A stretch of 62,431 nt of DNA, the filler included, from Choristocarpus tenellus KU-1152 (Eukaryota > Protista > Phaeophyceae), in NCBI GenBank assembly GCA_964200185.2. It is 12 parts of 12 records of this genome, joined end to end, with 100 filler letters (N's around TTAATTAATTAA, not from the genome) between each part and the next. Parts side by side here need not be neighbours in the genome. Positions count along the whole stretch, not along the records: positions 1 to 6,054 come from CAXNAD020009059.1; positions 6,155 to 14,360 come from CAXNAD020005001.1; 10 more parts are not named here. One strand, 5' to 3'. Both the position numbers and the translations under genes were made by a program. Shown here piece after piece: positions 1 to 12,218 of this stretch; position 1 is the first letter of the stretch; each line of letters begins with the position of its first letter. The notes under the pieces are model-generated. The model saw only the letters and a list, made by a program, of their open reading frames with translations, was not told the origin of the DNA and searched no databases.

Positions 1-1112
1 GAAGAGGGGGATATCTTAAACATTTGACCAACCCCCCCCCCCCCCCCCCCCCCCCTTCTATCTCTCTACAGTTATTCGAAGAGGATGGGAAAGCACTATT
101 GTCAAGAATGTTCTACCATGGAGAACTGAAGAGGTCGTGTATGTCGCCATCATGTGATTCTAGGTGTAACAATGAGGCTACCTAGTCACCTACGCAGGTA
201 CCCAACCAAAGGAAATTTCCCTTGGGATCCCCAAAAACCGTGCTTCTAGAAAGTGCACATTCAATCAAAAACGCGTCCTACCCCAGAAAAGCTGTCCTTG
301 CATCATATAGATTAAAAGCTCTAATCTACAAAAAAAGAGTAGCAACAATAGTACTAACTATAAGGAGAAACATCGTGTAGTATCCTGCAAGGTGTTAAAT
401 CAACCTACAAGATAGTTGAATAATGCAAGCAGAAATATTTCACACCTCCTCATTCCTCTGTACAAAATCCAGAGTACTTATCCTCCAGAACCTCATTCAG
501 TAAAACGTCCAATTTATCCCAAAATGAGGAAGTGAAAATCATTTAAGATAAAAGGTGCAGTCTGGGTCCAGCAACAGTATGACACACAGAAAGTGTAGAT
601 AGTATATACTTAATTGATCACACCACTAACTGGTAAATAGTGCGGCAATATACCATACCACTTTGCTGGACTCCAATTTCATAGTTGGAAAAATTCTTGA
701 ATTTTTCACATGCAAACAGTGGCCAACCCCCCAAAAAATATTCAACTTGAACCCTAGTAGCGAGAGCAAAGAGAGAAAAAAAAAATACAATGCAGGAACA
801 TACTTTGTCCATTCCTGTTATTATTCCAACACATAACAATTGCACCGGAACAAAAAGTACGATTCTTTAATACAAAAAAAACAAAAACACACACACACAC
901 ACACAAAAAGAAGAAAAAGAACAATCTGACATCTTTACTCATTTTCCTCACGATGTTATCTCATCCAACGGGGTTTAACCCAACCACAGTTTAATGAAAA
1001 GTTCCCAGATGGATACATCATGGATGGCGTTATGGTCCGTTCCTTTCAACAATAATCAAGTCGCAATTTGCACACTTATCTTTTATCTCCTTAACAGCTC
1101 TTTTTTTCTTAC

Positions 1113-2205
1113 CTGCAGGAATCGACAGTTTCGACCTACAACATCTTGGATGGTGTACCCTGTCAGGTCCAAGAAACCCTGCGCAAAAGGACGAACCACC
1201 ACTTATCGTTCAGGATCAGTTTAAGCTAGGGTGATTGGAGGGTAGGGCGTGGAATGGTGTGAATTGAGCGTAGCAATGACAGTTGAATGGAGTGAAAATC
1301 TCAGTCAACATTGTAACTCCTGTGTCAAATCACGCCACTTATCAAGGCAACCATGAAAAGCATCCAGCGAGAAACTCAAAATAACAAGTAGTGAACATCT
1401 TGCTTTAATAAATGTGTACTTGTATGTCATAGACCAATAAGTGCATTTGTATGTCATAATCAGACCAAAATAATAAAAAGAGGAAAACACACAATACAAT
1501 GCAAATCACTCAAATAATTCAACCTTCCTTTTTTTTTTAACTAAGAAAACTTCATTGTTCGATCAAGGAATCACAAGAATGTATTTTGGAAAGTCAGCTC
1601 TCTCTTCAAATATATATATATATATATATATATGCACATACCATCACAAAAAGTGTATACCTCATTATACCAAAACCAAATCAAAACTTTGTAAAACACA
1701 ATAAAAAAAATCATTTTATCACATTGTGTTAACACAATAAAAGTTATATTAATTTGACATGCTAATTCATCGCATCAAAATTAAAATAAAGAAAAACTGC
1801 AACAAAAACAAAAATGAACAAAAATGTCATAAAACCCTTTGCCCACCTGACTTGCATATACAATGGGATTGTCTGCCATGCTGGGGTCAGACACAGTAAA
1901 ATTCTGTTGTGACTCCATCAGCGCCTGTATGAGCTGGAAGTCTGGTTCCAGCAAAAGGCAGTTGGGTTCTTTAGTCCCTTGCTCTCCCAAGGGAGGCAAC
2001 GGTGCAGCCGACCCAGAATCCTGCAGTCATATAAATAGCACACATCAGTATATATACAGCACATGCATATTGTAAACAATTCATACTCCATTGTTGTTTT
2101 CATTATCTTCCCTTCTGTGCAGTACCAACTTCCCCCATTTAAAAAAATATAGATATGAAAATTGCCAGTACAGATAACATAAAATTGTACCTGCGTATGT
2201 ATGAA

Positions 2206-2261
<56 letters not shown>

Positions 2262-3295
2262 GTATAAGCATACCAATAAAAATAATCGAGCAAAAACGCC
2301 TTGCCAATTCCTATACAAGAATACTAACGTACTAACAATGTACATCAAATAATGATAACATACCAAAAATAGTACGAAAGAGATATACATACCAAAATAA
2401 TAACCTTCATACACCTCCAGTTCACACATGATATGTGATGTACTAACACTACTCTTATTACCACATGCATGGGTACCCATTCCCAATACACCTCAACCAA
2501 CAGTACAATACACCTCAACCAACAGTACAATACACCTCAACCAACAAGTCCCTTTACATCACCTTTCCAGACAGCACAAGAGCCTTTTCGTTGATGCATT
2601 TCTCAAACACCGTGGTGGCCACTTCTGGCATATGCTCCTTCACCACCTGCGTTGGAGTTTTTTCAATGTTACATACATGCCAACATAAAATATAATTGCC
2701 TCTTATTTAACCATATTTAATTGTTTCCACTATATTGCACCTATTATTATTTTCATATCACGATTTTTCCTTATTTTTCTGAACACAGATATTTTTCTAG
2801 TAGCACCAAATACTCCAGACTTCCTTTAATTACTGTTCAAATGCAACACTAAATGCTTGGTACTCTATTTCATTATATTGTTCCAATACAGAATTCTCAA
2901 CTCTTAAAACCATATTTTTGAGTTTTCAATTCAAAAGAGCCACCAACTAATCAATTCAAAATAATTTACAGTTTACCACCGACTTCAAAATTGCCACTTG
3001 CCGGAGAGGCAATCGACGAAAAAAAAATTAAAAAGTAGGGAGGTCACAGCAAGTCAATACAGTTCCATGTGTAAAAAACTATTCTTATTAAAAACGAGCA
3101 TCTAACTCTAACCCAAACCTTGAACCCAACCGTAACCCCAACAACCCTAACCCTTAATCTAGTAAGCAAATGCAGACCCTCCACCTGTCTCAAGGCCATA
3201 TTTTGCTTCCGCATGGACAGGAGCTGCTCTTGCAAACACTCAAGCATGAACTTCTTTCTTATCCGAGACCTCTTCGCATGTTCACGGTTTCGTTC
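1113..3295 (-). CDS. AUREO: Aureochrome (bZIP-LOV blue-light transcription factor), partial, 4 internal exons
   Basis: Phase-0 GT-AG exons: 3295-3185 (ERNREHAKRSRIRKKFMLECLQEQLLSMRKQNMALRQ, bZIP basic region and zipper); 2646-2563 (VVKEHMPEVATTVFEKCINEKALVLSGK); 2020-1847 (...LLEPDFQLIQALMESQQNFTVSDPSMADNPIVYASQ); 1178-1113 (GFLDLTGYTIQDVVGRNCRFLQ, LOV signature with the photoactive Cys). 5' exons not resolved; the rest of the LOV domain probably lies left of position 1. Confidence 0.95.
2210..2259. repeat. (TG)n microsatellite in aureochrome intron
   Basis: Perfect GT dinucleotide run. Confidence 0.9.
2484..2545. repeat. 22-bp tandem repeat, about 3 copies
   Basis: caatacacctcaaccaacagta repeated in an intron. 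Confidence 0.8.
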
Positions 3296-3506
3296 CTGCT
3301 GGTGACATTCCAAACAGGAACACAAACAACAATTTAAAAAAAAGGAAAAGACTACATCTGCTTTTTTTGTTCTTGCACTACTAGAAAAGAGGGGGGGGGG
3401 GAGGGGGGGGGAATCCAAAAAAAGGAATAAATATGATTATGAACTGTAAGTTTTTTTCCCCTCTTCAGCAACAGCATCAAAATCAGTGCAGAGCATAGTG
3501 CAACAA

Positions 3507-3623
3507 AATAATAATAATAAGAACAACAACAACAATAATAATGATAATAATAACAATAACAAAAATAATAATGATAATAATAATAAATGTAGCAAAAGTA
3601 ACAATAACGATAATAATTTAATA
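3507..3623. repeat. (AAT/AAC)n low-complexity tract
   Basis: Imperfect trinucleotide repeat; explains the spurious poly-Y/poly-L ORFs. Confidence 0.8.
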
Positions 3624-4963
3624 ATGTGACATAACACACACACAAATAGTCCATGTTCAAAGAGTCTGTACCAGTCAGCACAATTGACCTCAAGAGATAT
3701 TTCCACCCTGAATACTGCTTTGATAAAAATAAGGTCCAGTCTTGATATGGAAATACAATACATCCCACAGTCTAAAATCATACATATAGTATACTCATGA
3801 CATGTCTCAGAAGATACAAGTTTTTAAGAGGTTCATGATTCAGGCGTATCAATTTACACCAAGTATATTTATTATGAAGAGATCCTCCCGTTGATGTGTA
3901 TCTTCTAAGAAAAAGAAATACGAAATTTTCTTCACCACTTCCCATACATTCCCTTCCCATATTTTAAATAGTATATAATAGAACCCAAGAGAACATCAAC
4001 CCATTAGGAACACTCCTTCCTCTACCTCTTGTTCTCTTGAGTAGGGTCCTCCTGCATCTCGAATTTCCATAAAACATTTCTGATTAAGACAAGACCTGTG
4101 GCACAACAGCCCCTCTTCACCACAAATGCCTCCAACCCGTGAAAACGACAATTTTTTCCTCGTTTCGGTTCCACCATAAAATAGAACAGTATTTAAATAT
4201 GTAGTGAGTTTTTTATCATAATATATTTTTCCAGTATATTATTTCTGAGAATACTTTTAGAACCTATAAAAGATGAATAACAAAGTTTTATGTCTCTTGT
4301 TCCTGCTGGAGGACAGTCATCACAACAAACCAATAACAAGTGCAATAGTCAGAAGGTCACTCCAATTTTTAAAAAAGGCCAGTTGGCACTTTTCCATTCC
4401 TTTTGAAATATGTCTTTTTCAGCTGAAACTAGATCTATATAATGCGGAACATTTGTATAACTTCATTGCAGCGCTTGAAAGAACACCTGCTGAACTCTAA
4501 CACCAATACAAAACCTTTGTACTAGCACTGCAGAAAGAGGAGTGAAGGTTCTGAAACAATGCATGGACCCCTTTCTTGGGATGGGATGAAGCATCATTTT
4601 TCGAGTGCGTTTAGTAGACATTACCATACCCTTTTAGTAGACATGCGATCAGAGAGACCCTTCAAGAAAATCTTCATGTCTGGGTAGCTAGCTACCTGTA
4701 GTCATTACCATACCCTACAATGAACAACTGCAAGCTGCAGGTGGAACCGTTCCAACAAAAATAAAATAAAATGATATAAAATAAAAATAAAAACAAAAAA
4801 CTACTCTTTTTTTTTCCCACCCCTTTACGTAACTTCAAGTAAAGGAGGAGAGTAAGATATGAAAACACAGGAATGAGGGAAGAGGTACGGTGACCTGATT
4901 CAATAACATCATTCCACAAAACAAGCTAAAAATATTTGATTGTACACCTACTCCCTGTACTGT

Positions 4964-5047
4964 TCATACTACCCTGTCAGGGACTCATACTACCCTGTCA
5001 GGGACTCATACTACCCTGTCAGGGACTCATACTACCCTGTCAGGGAC
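4964..5047. repeat. 21-bp minisatellite, 4 perfect copies
   Basis: tcatactaccctgtcagggac x4, each containing the palindrome CCCTG-T-CAGGG; no spacers. Confidence 0.92.
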
Positions 5048-5229
5048 TATGATACACCACAAAAAACGCCATATCAAGATCAAGGTGCAAAAATCTCAGG
5101 GTGGGTCCAGGAGAATATTGTAGGGAGGGACAGAGTAACCAGTGGTGGGAATGCTGAACCCAACGAGTAAGAAGAAAGGCAGGGATGGAGGTAATACAGT
5201 ACAATTAGTCGTAGTGCAATAGATAGTAT

Positions 5230-5398
5230 GTAGTTACTAGGTAGTTAGTGGGTAGTTAGTGGGTAGTTAGTAGGTAGTTAGTAGGTAGTTAGTGGGTAGT
5301 TAGTGGGTAGTTAGTAGGTAATTAGTAGGTAGTTAGTAGGTAGTTAGTAGTGCAATAGATAGTAGGTAGTTAGTAGGTAGTTAGTAGGTAGTTAGTAG
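5230..5398. repeat. 12-bp minisatellite GTAGTTAGT(A/G)GG
   Basis: More than 10 imperfect tandem copies. Confidence 0.88.
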
Positions 5399-5689
5399 TG
5401 CGTAGTGCCTCTAACCATGGGTCGGCGTAATCCCCTGACGATTGTGAAGCATAATAATAAAAATAATATTAATAACAACAATAGTAGTAAAAATAATAAT
5501 CACAATAATGATCATAATAGTAACAATAATTTAACAATAATAAACAAAACAATAATAGAAAAACCGACATCTCTCACAACACCATCCTCAACGTGCCCTA
5601 ACCCTACCCACCCATCAACAATGTCCCCTCCGTGACAGTATCCGTATCATATCCGACAACTGCAGTCTTAAGATTAAGAACCAGTGAAT

Positions 5690-5990
5690 TCAATATCCGA
5701 GTTGATGTGACGCTTGTGATAGAGAGGATTTCCCATCTTTTCAGAGGCGTACCTTCCCAACTCTGTCAAAATTAAACTGATGAAAACAATATCTAGCCCC
5801 CCCCATACGCACACGTCCAGCACACAGTGTGTATGAGTTTGTACACAACACCTATGTGGGTGTCCTCTACATATCGGATAGCACTTTGGTTGACAGGTAC
5901 ATGGCAGCAGCTGCATAGGAATAGGCAATTGTGCAAAACACTATGATGACCTTGTGCCCAGCAGGCTGCAGCTATCAAAAACATCCTACC
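5690..5990 (-). pseudogene. Possible decayed CRE-like retrotransposon fragment (Zn-knuckle region)
   Basis: Frameshifted HTVCWTCAYGGG...ELGRYASEKMGNP resembles HTCTCPRAGG...RLGQTCKGMGIP of the 18.9-19.5 kb copy. Confidence 0.3.
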
Positions 5991-6002
5991 CAGCCAAGTT
6001 TT

Positions 6003-6054
6003 GACCCAAAGTATCTGGGGAGGGGTGGGGGGGGGTCTACACCAGGGTGTCCAT
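6003..6054 (+). mobile_element. MITE family A, truncated by contig end
   Basis: GACCCAAAGTATCTGG-polyG-GTCTACACCAGGGTGTCCAT left end. Confidence 0.8.
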
Positions 6055-6154
6055 NNNNNNNNNNNNNNNNNNNNNNNNNNNNNNNNNNNNNNNNNNNNTT
6101 AATTAATTAANNNNNNNNNNNNNNNNNNNNNNNNNNNNNNNNNNNNNNNNNNNN
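6055..6154. other. Artificial contig-joining spacer (first of 11)
   Basis: N44-TTAATTAATTAA-N44, stops in all six frames. Also at 14361-14460, 17645-17744, 25256-25355, 31021-31120, 34494-34593, 40714-40813, 44242-44341, 47536-47635, 52068-52167 and 55076-55175. Confidence 0.97.
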
Positions 6155-6944
6155 CACCCCCCCAGATACTTTGGGTCCCTGTTTTTGACACTAAGCACTC
6201 TCAGATATATGCATCATGTGGCCAAAAAAGGGGAGGAAAATATGTACGGACCCTGAATTTCATTCTCTGCCTACCCTTGCCTCACGCCTTGCAAAAGACC
6301 TGCACCAAAGGCATACCACAAGGTCACCTTTCGGCACTTCTCAATCATGGAGTATATTTTCCCTCGCTCCTCTTGTCGTCTCCGTTCAGCTGCCAAGGCC
6401 CAAGACATTGTATTGTCTGTTGGATGGGAAACGTGGTCATTTGTTGGGAAATAATATTTCGCATATTGTTGTATGAGAGAATTCTGAGGGGTGCATTGGT
6501 GTCGTTGATTGACAGGTACTATGTGGACTCTGCGACAAATGTTAGGGCCATATATCATATTGCACTCATGATGCCATGGCAAGACATTTCAAAACAGCGT
6601 CCAGTATTGAGGGAATGGAACAATACGACCCATTGCTCAATACATTCTCGACCAGAAGGGCAAACTATGTGCATTTCCAGGAGGGAACCAAATCAGTCCT
6701 GTTTTGAACACCCTCACAGGTTCCATATTCTCCACCCTCTCTGATGCACTCTTACCAAGGCGAATAATTTTCTGAAGGAGTATATGCCTCGAGTCGTTTC
6801 AAAGCGAGAAAGTGGAAAGGGATATTTTGCGTGATTGTTGTTTACAATTACATAATCAAGTCTAGGAATGGGTGCCAGGTCTACCTCATTGTTGTAGGGT
6901 TTCATTGATAGGGGAACAATTATGCTTCATTTTCCTTGAGCAAA

Positions 6945-7125
6945 GACCCAAAGTATCTGGGAGGGGAGGAGGGGTCTACACTAGGGGTGTCCATTTGGTC
7001 CAAAACCAGGAAAAGTGCATTTACATTATCCATCCGACGTATGCAACCAAATCACTCAAAAATCGCAACATGAAAAAATTGACCCCAAAGGGACAGCCGC
7101 CACGCCCCCCGTGGCACTTTGAGCC
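6945..7125 (+). mobile_element. MITE family A (about 180 bp), full length
   Basis: Ends GACCCAAAGTATCTGG ... CACTTTGAGCC; flanks AAA/AAA; non-coding; matches about 10 other copies in the window. Confidence 0.88.
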
Positions 7126-8849
7126 AAAGTCTAGGATCATTTTCAGGTGACATCAGCCAAAGTGGTGGCACATTATTGATCTTGAAATGCTCGTTTGGAC
7201 TCTGTGTAGGTCACTAAGGGGGCCAATGATTCTGCAGCCTTGTTGTCCTTTGAGACTAAGAGTTGTGAAAAAAAAAGTTTCATGAAGCAACATGAGACCT
7301 GTGAATGAGGGATTATGTTGAAAGAGGATCACTTCCAACTGCAACAACCAGACTTACTATTCCTCTGTATTAAAGACAATTGATCAGATACATGTTGAGC
7401 TACTAGAGGCTAACACCATTCCCTTCAATTCCAATGGTGTAGCACTATGCAATAGAACAACAGTTCAATTCTACAGGTGCCTCTACACCCTCCTAAGCTT
7501 TCGCACCTTTCACTTACAGGTAGGGATATGAACAAAATATCAATATTAGTACCCACTCCAGAAATTACTGGAGAATACCGTTCAAAGGAGCTAGGTAGAA
7601 CTATCAAGAAAACGGTAGAACTATCAAGAAAACGCACTTCAGTAAAGAGGGAGGAAAATACTCTGAGAATATTCAACACGGCGCGTCCATTGGTGGGTTA
7701 GAGGATCAGAGGTCGATGCTATGGTCAGCTGGAGGGATGATAAGCTTGAGTTGATTAGGTGTTCAATTTGAAGCAATCTCGTCTTACGTCTGAACACCTC
7801 TCAGATTATCTTTTGCGCAGACGGAGGAAGGCTGCTCGAAGGCACACCTGCTGTATCTTGAGTCTGTTCACTTGTCAATGCCATTCTCTGGAACCACTCT
7901 ACAATGTGCTGCGTGGGTAGGAAACAATGCATGTAACGTAGGAGAAGGAAGAGGCACGGTGTGAAGATGGGGGTGGGATATGATTGTGATTAAACAACAT
8001 GCAAGGTAGATCACAGTAGTTGAACTATAGGTAAGTATGTACACAAACGTTAGATTTCTGCTTCTGAGCAAGAAGATTGGAATCTGTATCTCCAGGAATA
8101 GAAAGCTAGTCAAGATTTGCGCAACATTGCCCTGAACTGCCCTAAAATGTTTGCTGCTAGTGGGTGTAGTACAAGTTTTCTCACGATCGTCTACACTGGC
8201 ACCAGTCCGAGATTGAGGGGTCATAGTAATGAACAACAGTTGTCTCCCTCCAGCATACATCACTACCCTATATGATGAGGACAGCAGTGGTCCTATCCAT
8301 TTACGAACCCTAACCCTAACCCTTTGAATTCTTTGTTGCTCAGGGGTTTGAGGAGGTTACTCCCTTCATGAATTTCAAATGTTTGAAGCCCGTTATTGAG
8401 GTCAGACTTCTTTCCATGTGAATCTGGTTTTTGCTATCCAGATTCCACTTGGCGAGCACAAGGGGCTGTGCACCTGTACCCTAGCTATTGCTGCTATTCA
8501 AAAAAATCGCCATACCAAAGATCAAGGTGGCAACATCGAGGCAGGTCCAGCACAAGGTTAGAAGGAGGAGGAGTCAGAGCAACAAGTGATGGGATAACTG
8601 AACCCAAAGCGTGAGAAGCAAGGCACAAAAGGAGGCAGTGCAATTTGTTGTAGTGTGATGGTTGGTTAGAGTAGTTAGTATGAGAAGTAGTGTGGTGTGT
8701 ATTGCCTCTTTCCACGGGATAGTCCCGAGACTAAAGAAAACAAGAAGAAAACCACAAACCACGCAGAATAGTGTATGTTAAGCACATTTTCTATTTTTCT
8801 CCCTACAGGTTCCTGATGGATAGAGCTCTGTCATATCATGCTTTCATGA

Positions 8850-9900
8850 CTGGGCACCCAGCCGAAGTATGTGATATGTGACCATGTGATGGCTATGATG
8901 CAAAAAAAAAAATGATAGGTGGTTGAGCATAGACAACTGCAAAGTGCAGTGTATTCGAAACCAGTATGACAGATAAAGAGTGAATTGGGATTTATCAATT
9001 GGTACTGAAACTAGGAAGTGTGAAGATAGATGGGACTCACAGCACCAAGAGTATGTTAGAATCGAATTAACCAGGGTACACCCTCTTGCAGTCAAAGAGT
9101 ATCCTTGCCAACAAGGGGAGGGACCTCTGCACAGTAGAGTAAGCAGCCGAGTAACCAAAGTCAGCATCCCCCCATCATAAGTGATAGCATTCACACCTCC
9201 AAAGCAAGGAGTTGTTCTTCCAGCGACAAGTCCAGCCTTCCAACCAATGCATCTAAATCCGATGAACTCTCCTTGCCCTTCCTTTCAAACCCCAATCCAG
9301 TTCCACCATCACTACTGCTGCAGGGTTTGTAGTAATGAGCCTCCGCCTTGTCTTGTTCCACCTCTCGAGCTATCAGACGTGTTGGAGTAGATGAGTAGCC
9401 TCTACAGCAGTAAGTGAAGGGTTAGGGATGGTACAATGGGAGACACTCAGCAATACAGGTTGTGGTTGGTGTAGAAAGAACGAAGAAAATGTATCTTGAT
9501 GATGTGGCATGAACCTTGACCCTGAGGGTGGAGCAACCCCCCAACAGTGCAGCGGAAATAATTCACACACTGAGTACTTCCAAGTGGTATTTCCTTCTCA
9601 TGTGATTAGAGGAAGCACGTTATATTGCAGCATTCTGACTGTTCTCACTTGCCAGCCCAGAGGGGAAGTAACAAAATGTGGGGAGTGCTCAATTTCATCA
9701 GAAGACATGTGGGGATGATTTCTCTGCTGTAAGATAGGATCAGGCCAACCTGTTTGAAACGAGACACCTAGAATCGTCTGTACCCTTGATATAGCAATGA
9801 TTTCCCAAAGTAAATTTCGATTAGCCAACTTGTTAGGAGGGAATTAACCCGGATGACATGTCCCGTTACTATGATACTATGAAAGCCCTGCAATGGGCTT
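8850..9900 (-). pseudogene. Probable highly decayed CRE-like non-LTR retrotransposon (RT thumb to Zn-knuckle)
   Basis: Interrupted peptides ILGVSF...VRMLQYNVLPLIT and SHFLVSVPIDKSQF...KHD follow the CRE motif order; many stops and frameshifts. Confidence 0.3.
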
Positions 9901-11153
9901 GGGTGCTTGTCTGAAGAGGCCAGGCTTCACATCTCACCCCTGTCTTGGGCGCTACACTAGGATTCACTAACTCCTCAACTCACTTGGATTCCCGGTCTTC
10001 CTCCAGATCCCGCCATAGGCCATACATCGCCTCCTCCAAGCGCTCTATCTCAAGCTCCTCACTCAACAAATAGGAAAGTGTTGACACTGAGTCATGATAG
10101 AGCCATCTGATTTGCTCCTGGGCAGCCTTGCCTGATACTTGCTCTTGGACAATATCCGCCACTGAAAAGTGGACTGAGTTGGGCCCATGTGACTGCGGTT
10201 GATCCTGCCTCTGACTTTGCTTTGATTTATTCTCCTGGTCCTCGTTTCTGTGGAGAATGTGTGCATTCATGGGGATGCGATTGTGAGTGAAAGGTTTGAA
10301 ATTTTAAATGTACGCGTGTGGGGGGGTTTTATTGTAGAAATACAATAGAGACAATGACAAAAAGAAAAAGATGTAGTAATTAAAAAAAAACGATGAATAT
10401 AAAAACAGATCAAGGTGATGAGAATCGTTTCAGGGGAAATGCATCCTGTCCACTTGATACAAGCTTTTTTTCACCCTGTTGGTCTAGATGATTTTCATTC
10501 TTGTGTACCTCCTGGCCCTCAATCTTCTCACAGTTGACATTACTATGTTTACATGGTATTTTTTTTTCTATTGGTAGAAACATTGATCTTGACATGGCCT
10601 CATTGCTTATACGTTTGGAGGCGGCACAATAGCACAAACCAATTTTGTTCAACACAATGCTTTCTACAGCATAACATATTGGGGGGATGGTCTGCACATG
10701 AATAGCAGTGTGCTCTGAACATCAATCATGACGGGGTAAGGGTCGGGAAGGAGACAAGCCAAGAAAGGATGGGGAGTCAAGAAAGATTGGGGAATCAAGT
10801 TTCACTCCAATTGGCGACATCTCCTACATACTCCAGAGTAGTAAATTATATGCAAGGGCGCGGCATGGATGGAAAAGAGGCTACTCAGTATATTGATCAT
10901 GACTTGCACACATTTTCTCACATCATTGACCAGTTCTCATTTTAAACAGTATATGCTTCTGTTACTTTGGGTAAAAAGTAACAACAAACAGGGCCCTTCT
11001 GTCGTCACCCTGGCACCCAGAGTCATCCCCTATCTTAGAGGGGGGTGTTGAAGTGTCTGAGGCCACTGCTACAGTCTTCTGGTATATGTCCGTTTAGTAT
11101 CCTGAAGATCGATTTGGTGCTTATGTGGGCAACCACAAATAATCTGTTCGTCT

Positions 11154-11336
11154 GGCTCAAAGTATCTGGGCGGGGTGGCGGCTGTCCATTTGGGGCCAAT
11201 TTCTTAATATCGCGATTTTTGGATGATCTGGTTCCATACTTCGGATGGATAATGAAAGTGCACTTTTCCTGGTTTTGGTCCAAATGGACCCTGGTGTAGA
11301 CGCCCCTCCCCCCCCCCCCCCGAGATACTTTGGGTC
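11154..11336 (-). mobile_element. MITE family A, full length
   Basis: GGCTCAAAGTATCTGG ... AGATACTTTGGGTC terminal inverted repeats. Confidence 0.88.
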
Positions 11337-12054
11337 ACTAGAATCTCAGCCTTCTAGGGGGGTTAGTTGCATTTCAGGCATGGGGATTGGGTGTCAGGCA
11401 GAAGATTCAAAAGGCCCAAGGTACCCCAAAAAGGGTAATAATAGGCTTCCCTCGAAGATAGGATGACTTTCAGAGCGTACAATACACGAGTCACTCCAGA
11501 CTTGTCCCAATAATTTTGTCATACAATAGTGAAAGGCAAACATATCTACCTAAGCCTCAGAAGTGCAGATAGAGCAGCAGACAATCGCTGGCGAAGGAAG
11601 GAGATCGCCCCAGACTCCAGCCGTGCCCTATATTGTCCAAAGTGGACCCGCAGACTGGCACTGATCATGTCCTCTTTGACAAATAGTGGATGGTCATGGA
11701 AAGCAACCCTTCCAGAGTGCACGTGGAATGATGGGAAAATGAGGTCGAGGATAAGGGATTGTGTGGGGTGGAGGGTGAACAGGGCACCTTTTTAACTCGT
11801 CTGATTAGTTCAAGAAGTGTCATATTTGAGGTCAGTTCACATCGGAGGTAGTGCAACACCTCTACTTCCGTGCTTGCTATATTTCTAGGGGAACTTAATG
11901 CACACCTTAAGTTATGCTAAATTTCTACTTGCTGGGATGCATGTGAAGTGTGAAATATTTCTACTTGTTGGGTGTGGAGAAACCGGACAATGGTTGAAAT
12001 CATTGTCACCTTGAGCAGCCAATGTTCTCGACTAAGCGAATGTTCTCAGCTAAG

Positions 12055-12218
12055 GACCCAAAGTATCTGGGAGGGGGGGGGGGGCCGACCCCAGGGTGCC
12101 GATTTGGGCCAAAAAAAGAAAAAGTGCATTTCCAGCACCCATCNNNNNNNNNNAATCGCGACATGAAAAAATTGACCCCAAATGGACAGCCGCCACCCCC
12201 TCCCAGATACTTTGAGCC
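12055..12218 (+). mobile_element. MITE family A (contains a 10-N gap)
   Basis: TIRs intact; 3-bp TSD AAG/AAG. Confidence 0.88.

Noticed and set aside
1015-1046. Minus-strand GTDHNAIHD, resembling the next LOV exon (GxxTDxxAV)
   Set aside because: The available AG acceptor gives the wrong phase after CAG|GTAAG, and the downstream residues do not continue the LOV consensus; probably chance.
1918-3781. ORFs with THTHTH, CVCVCV, poly-Y or poly-L
   Set aside because: Translations of intronic microsatellites.
4964-5047. Palindromic direct repeats resembling a CRISPR array
   Set aside because: No spacers, no cas genes, eukaryotic context; it is a minisatellite. The same applies to the 62-bp repeat at 45247-45431.
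6099-6110. Recurrent TTAATTAATTAA motif
   Set aside because: Always centred in exactly 44+44 N; an assembly linker, not biology.
6872-7150. Recurrent short ORFs such as QNQEKCTFIIHP...MKKLTPNGQPPP and EGTSFALFV
   Set aside because: Chance translations of MITE A and B; frames are not conserved between copies.
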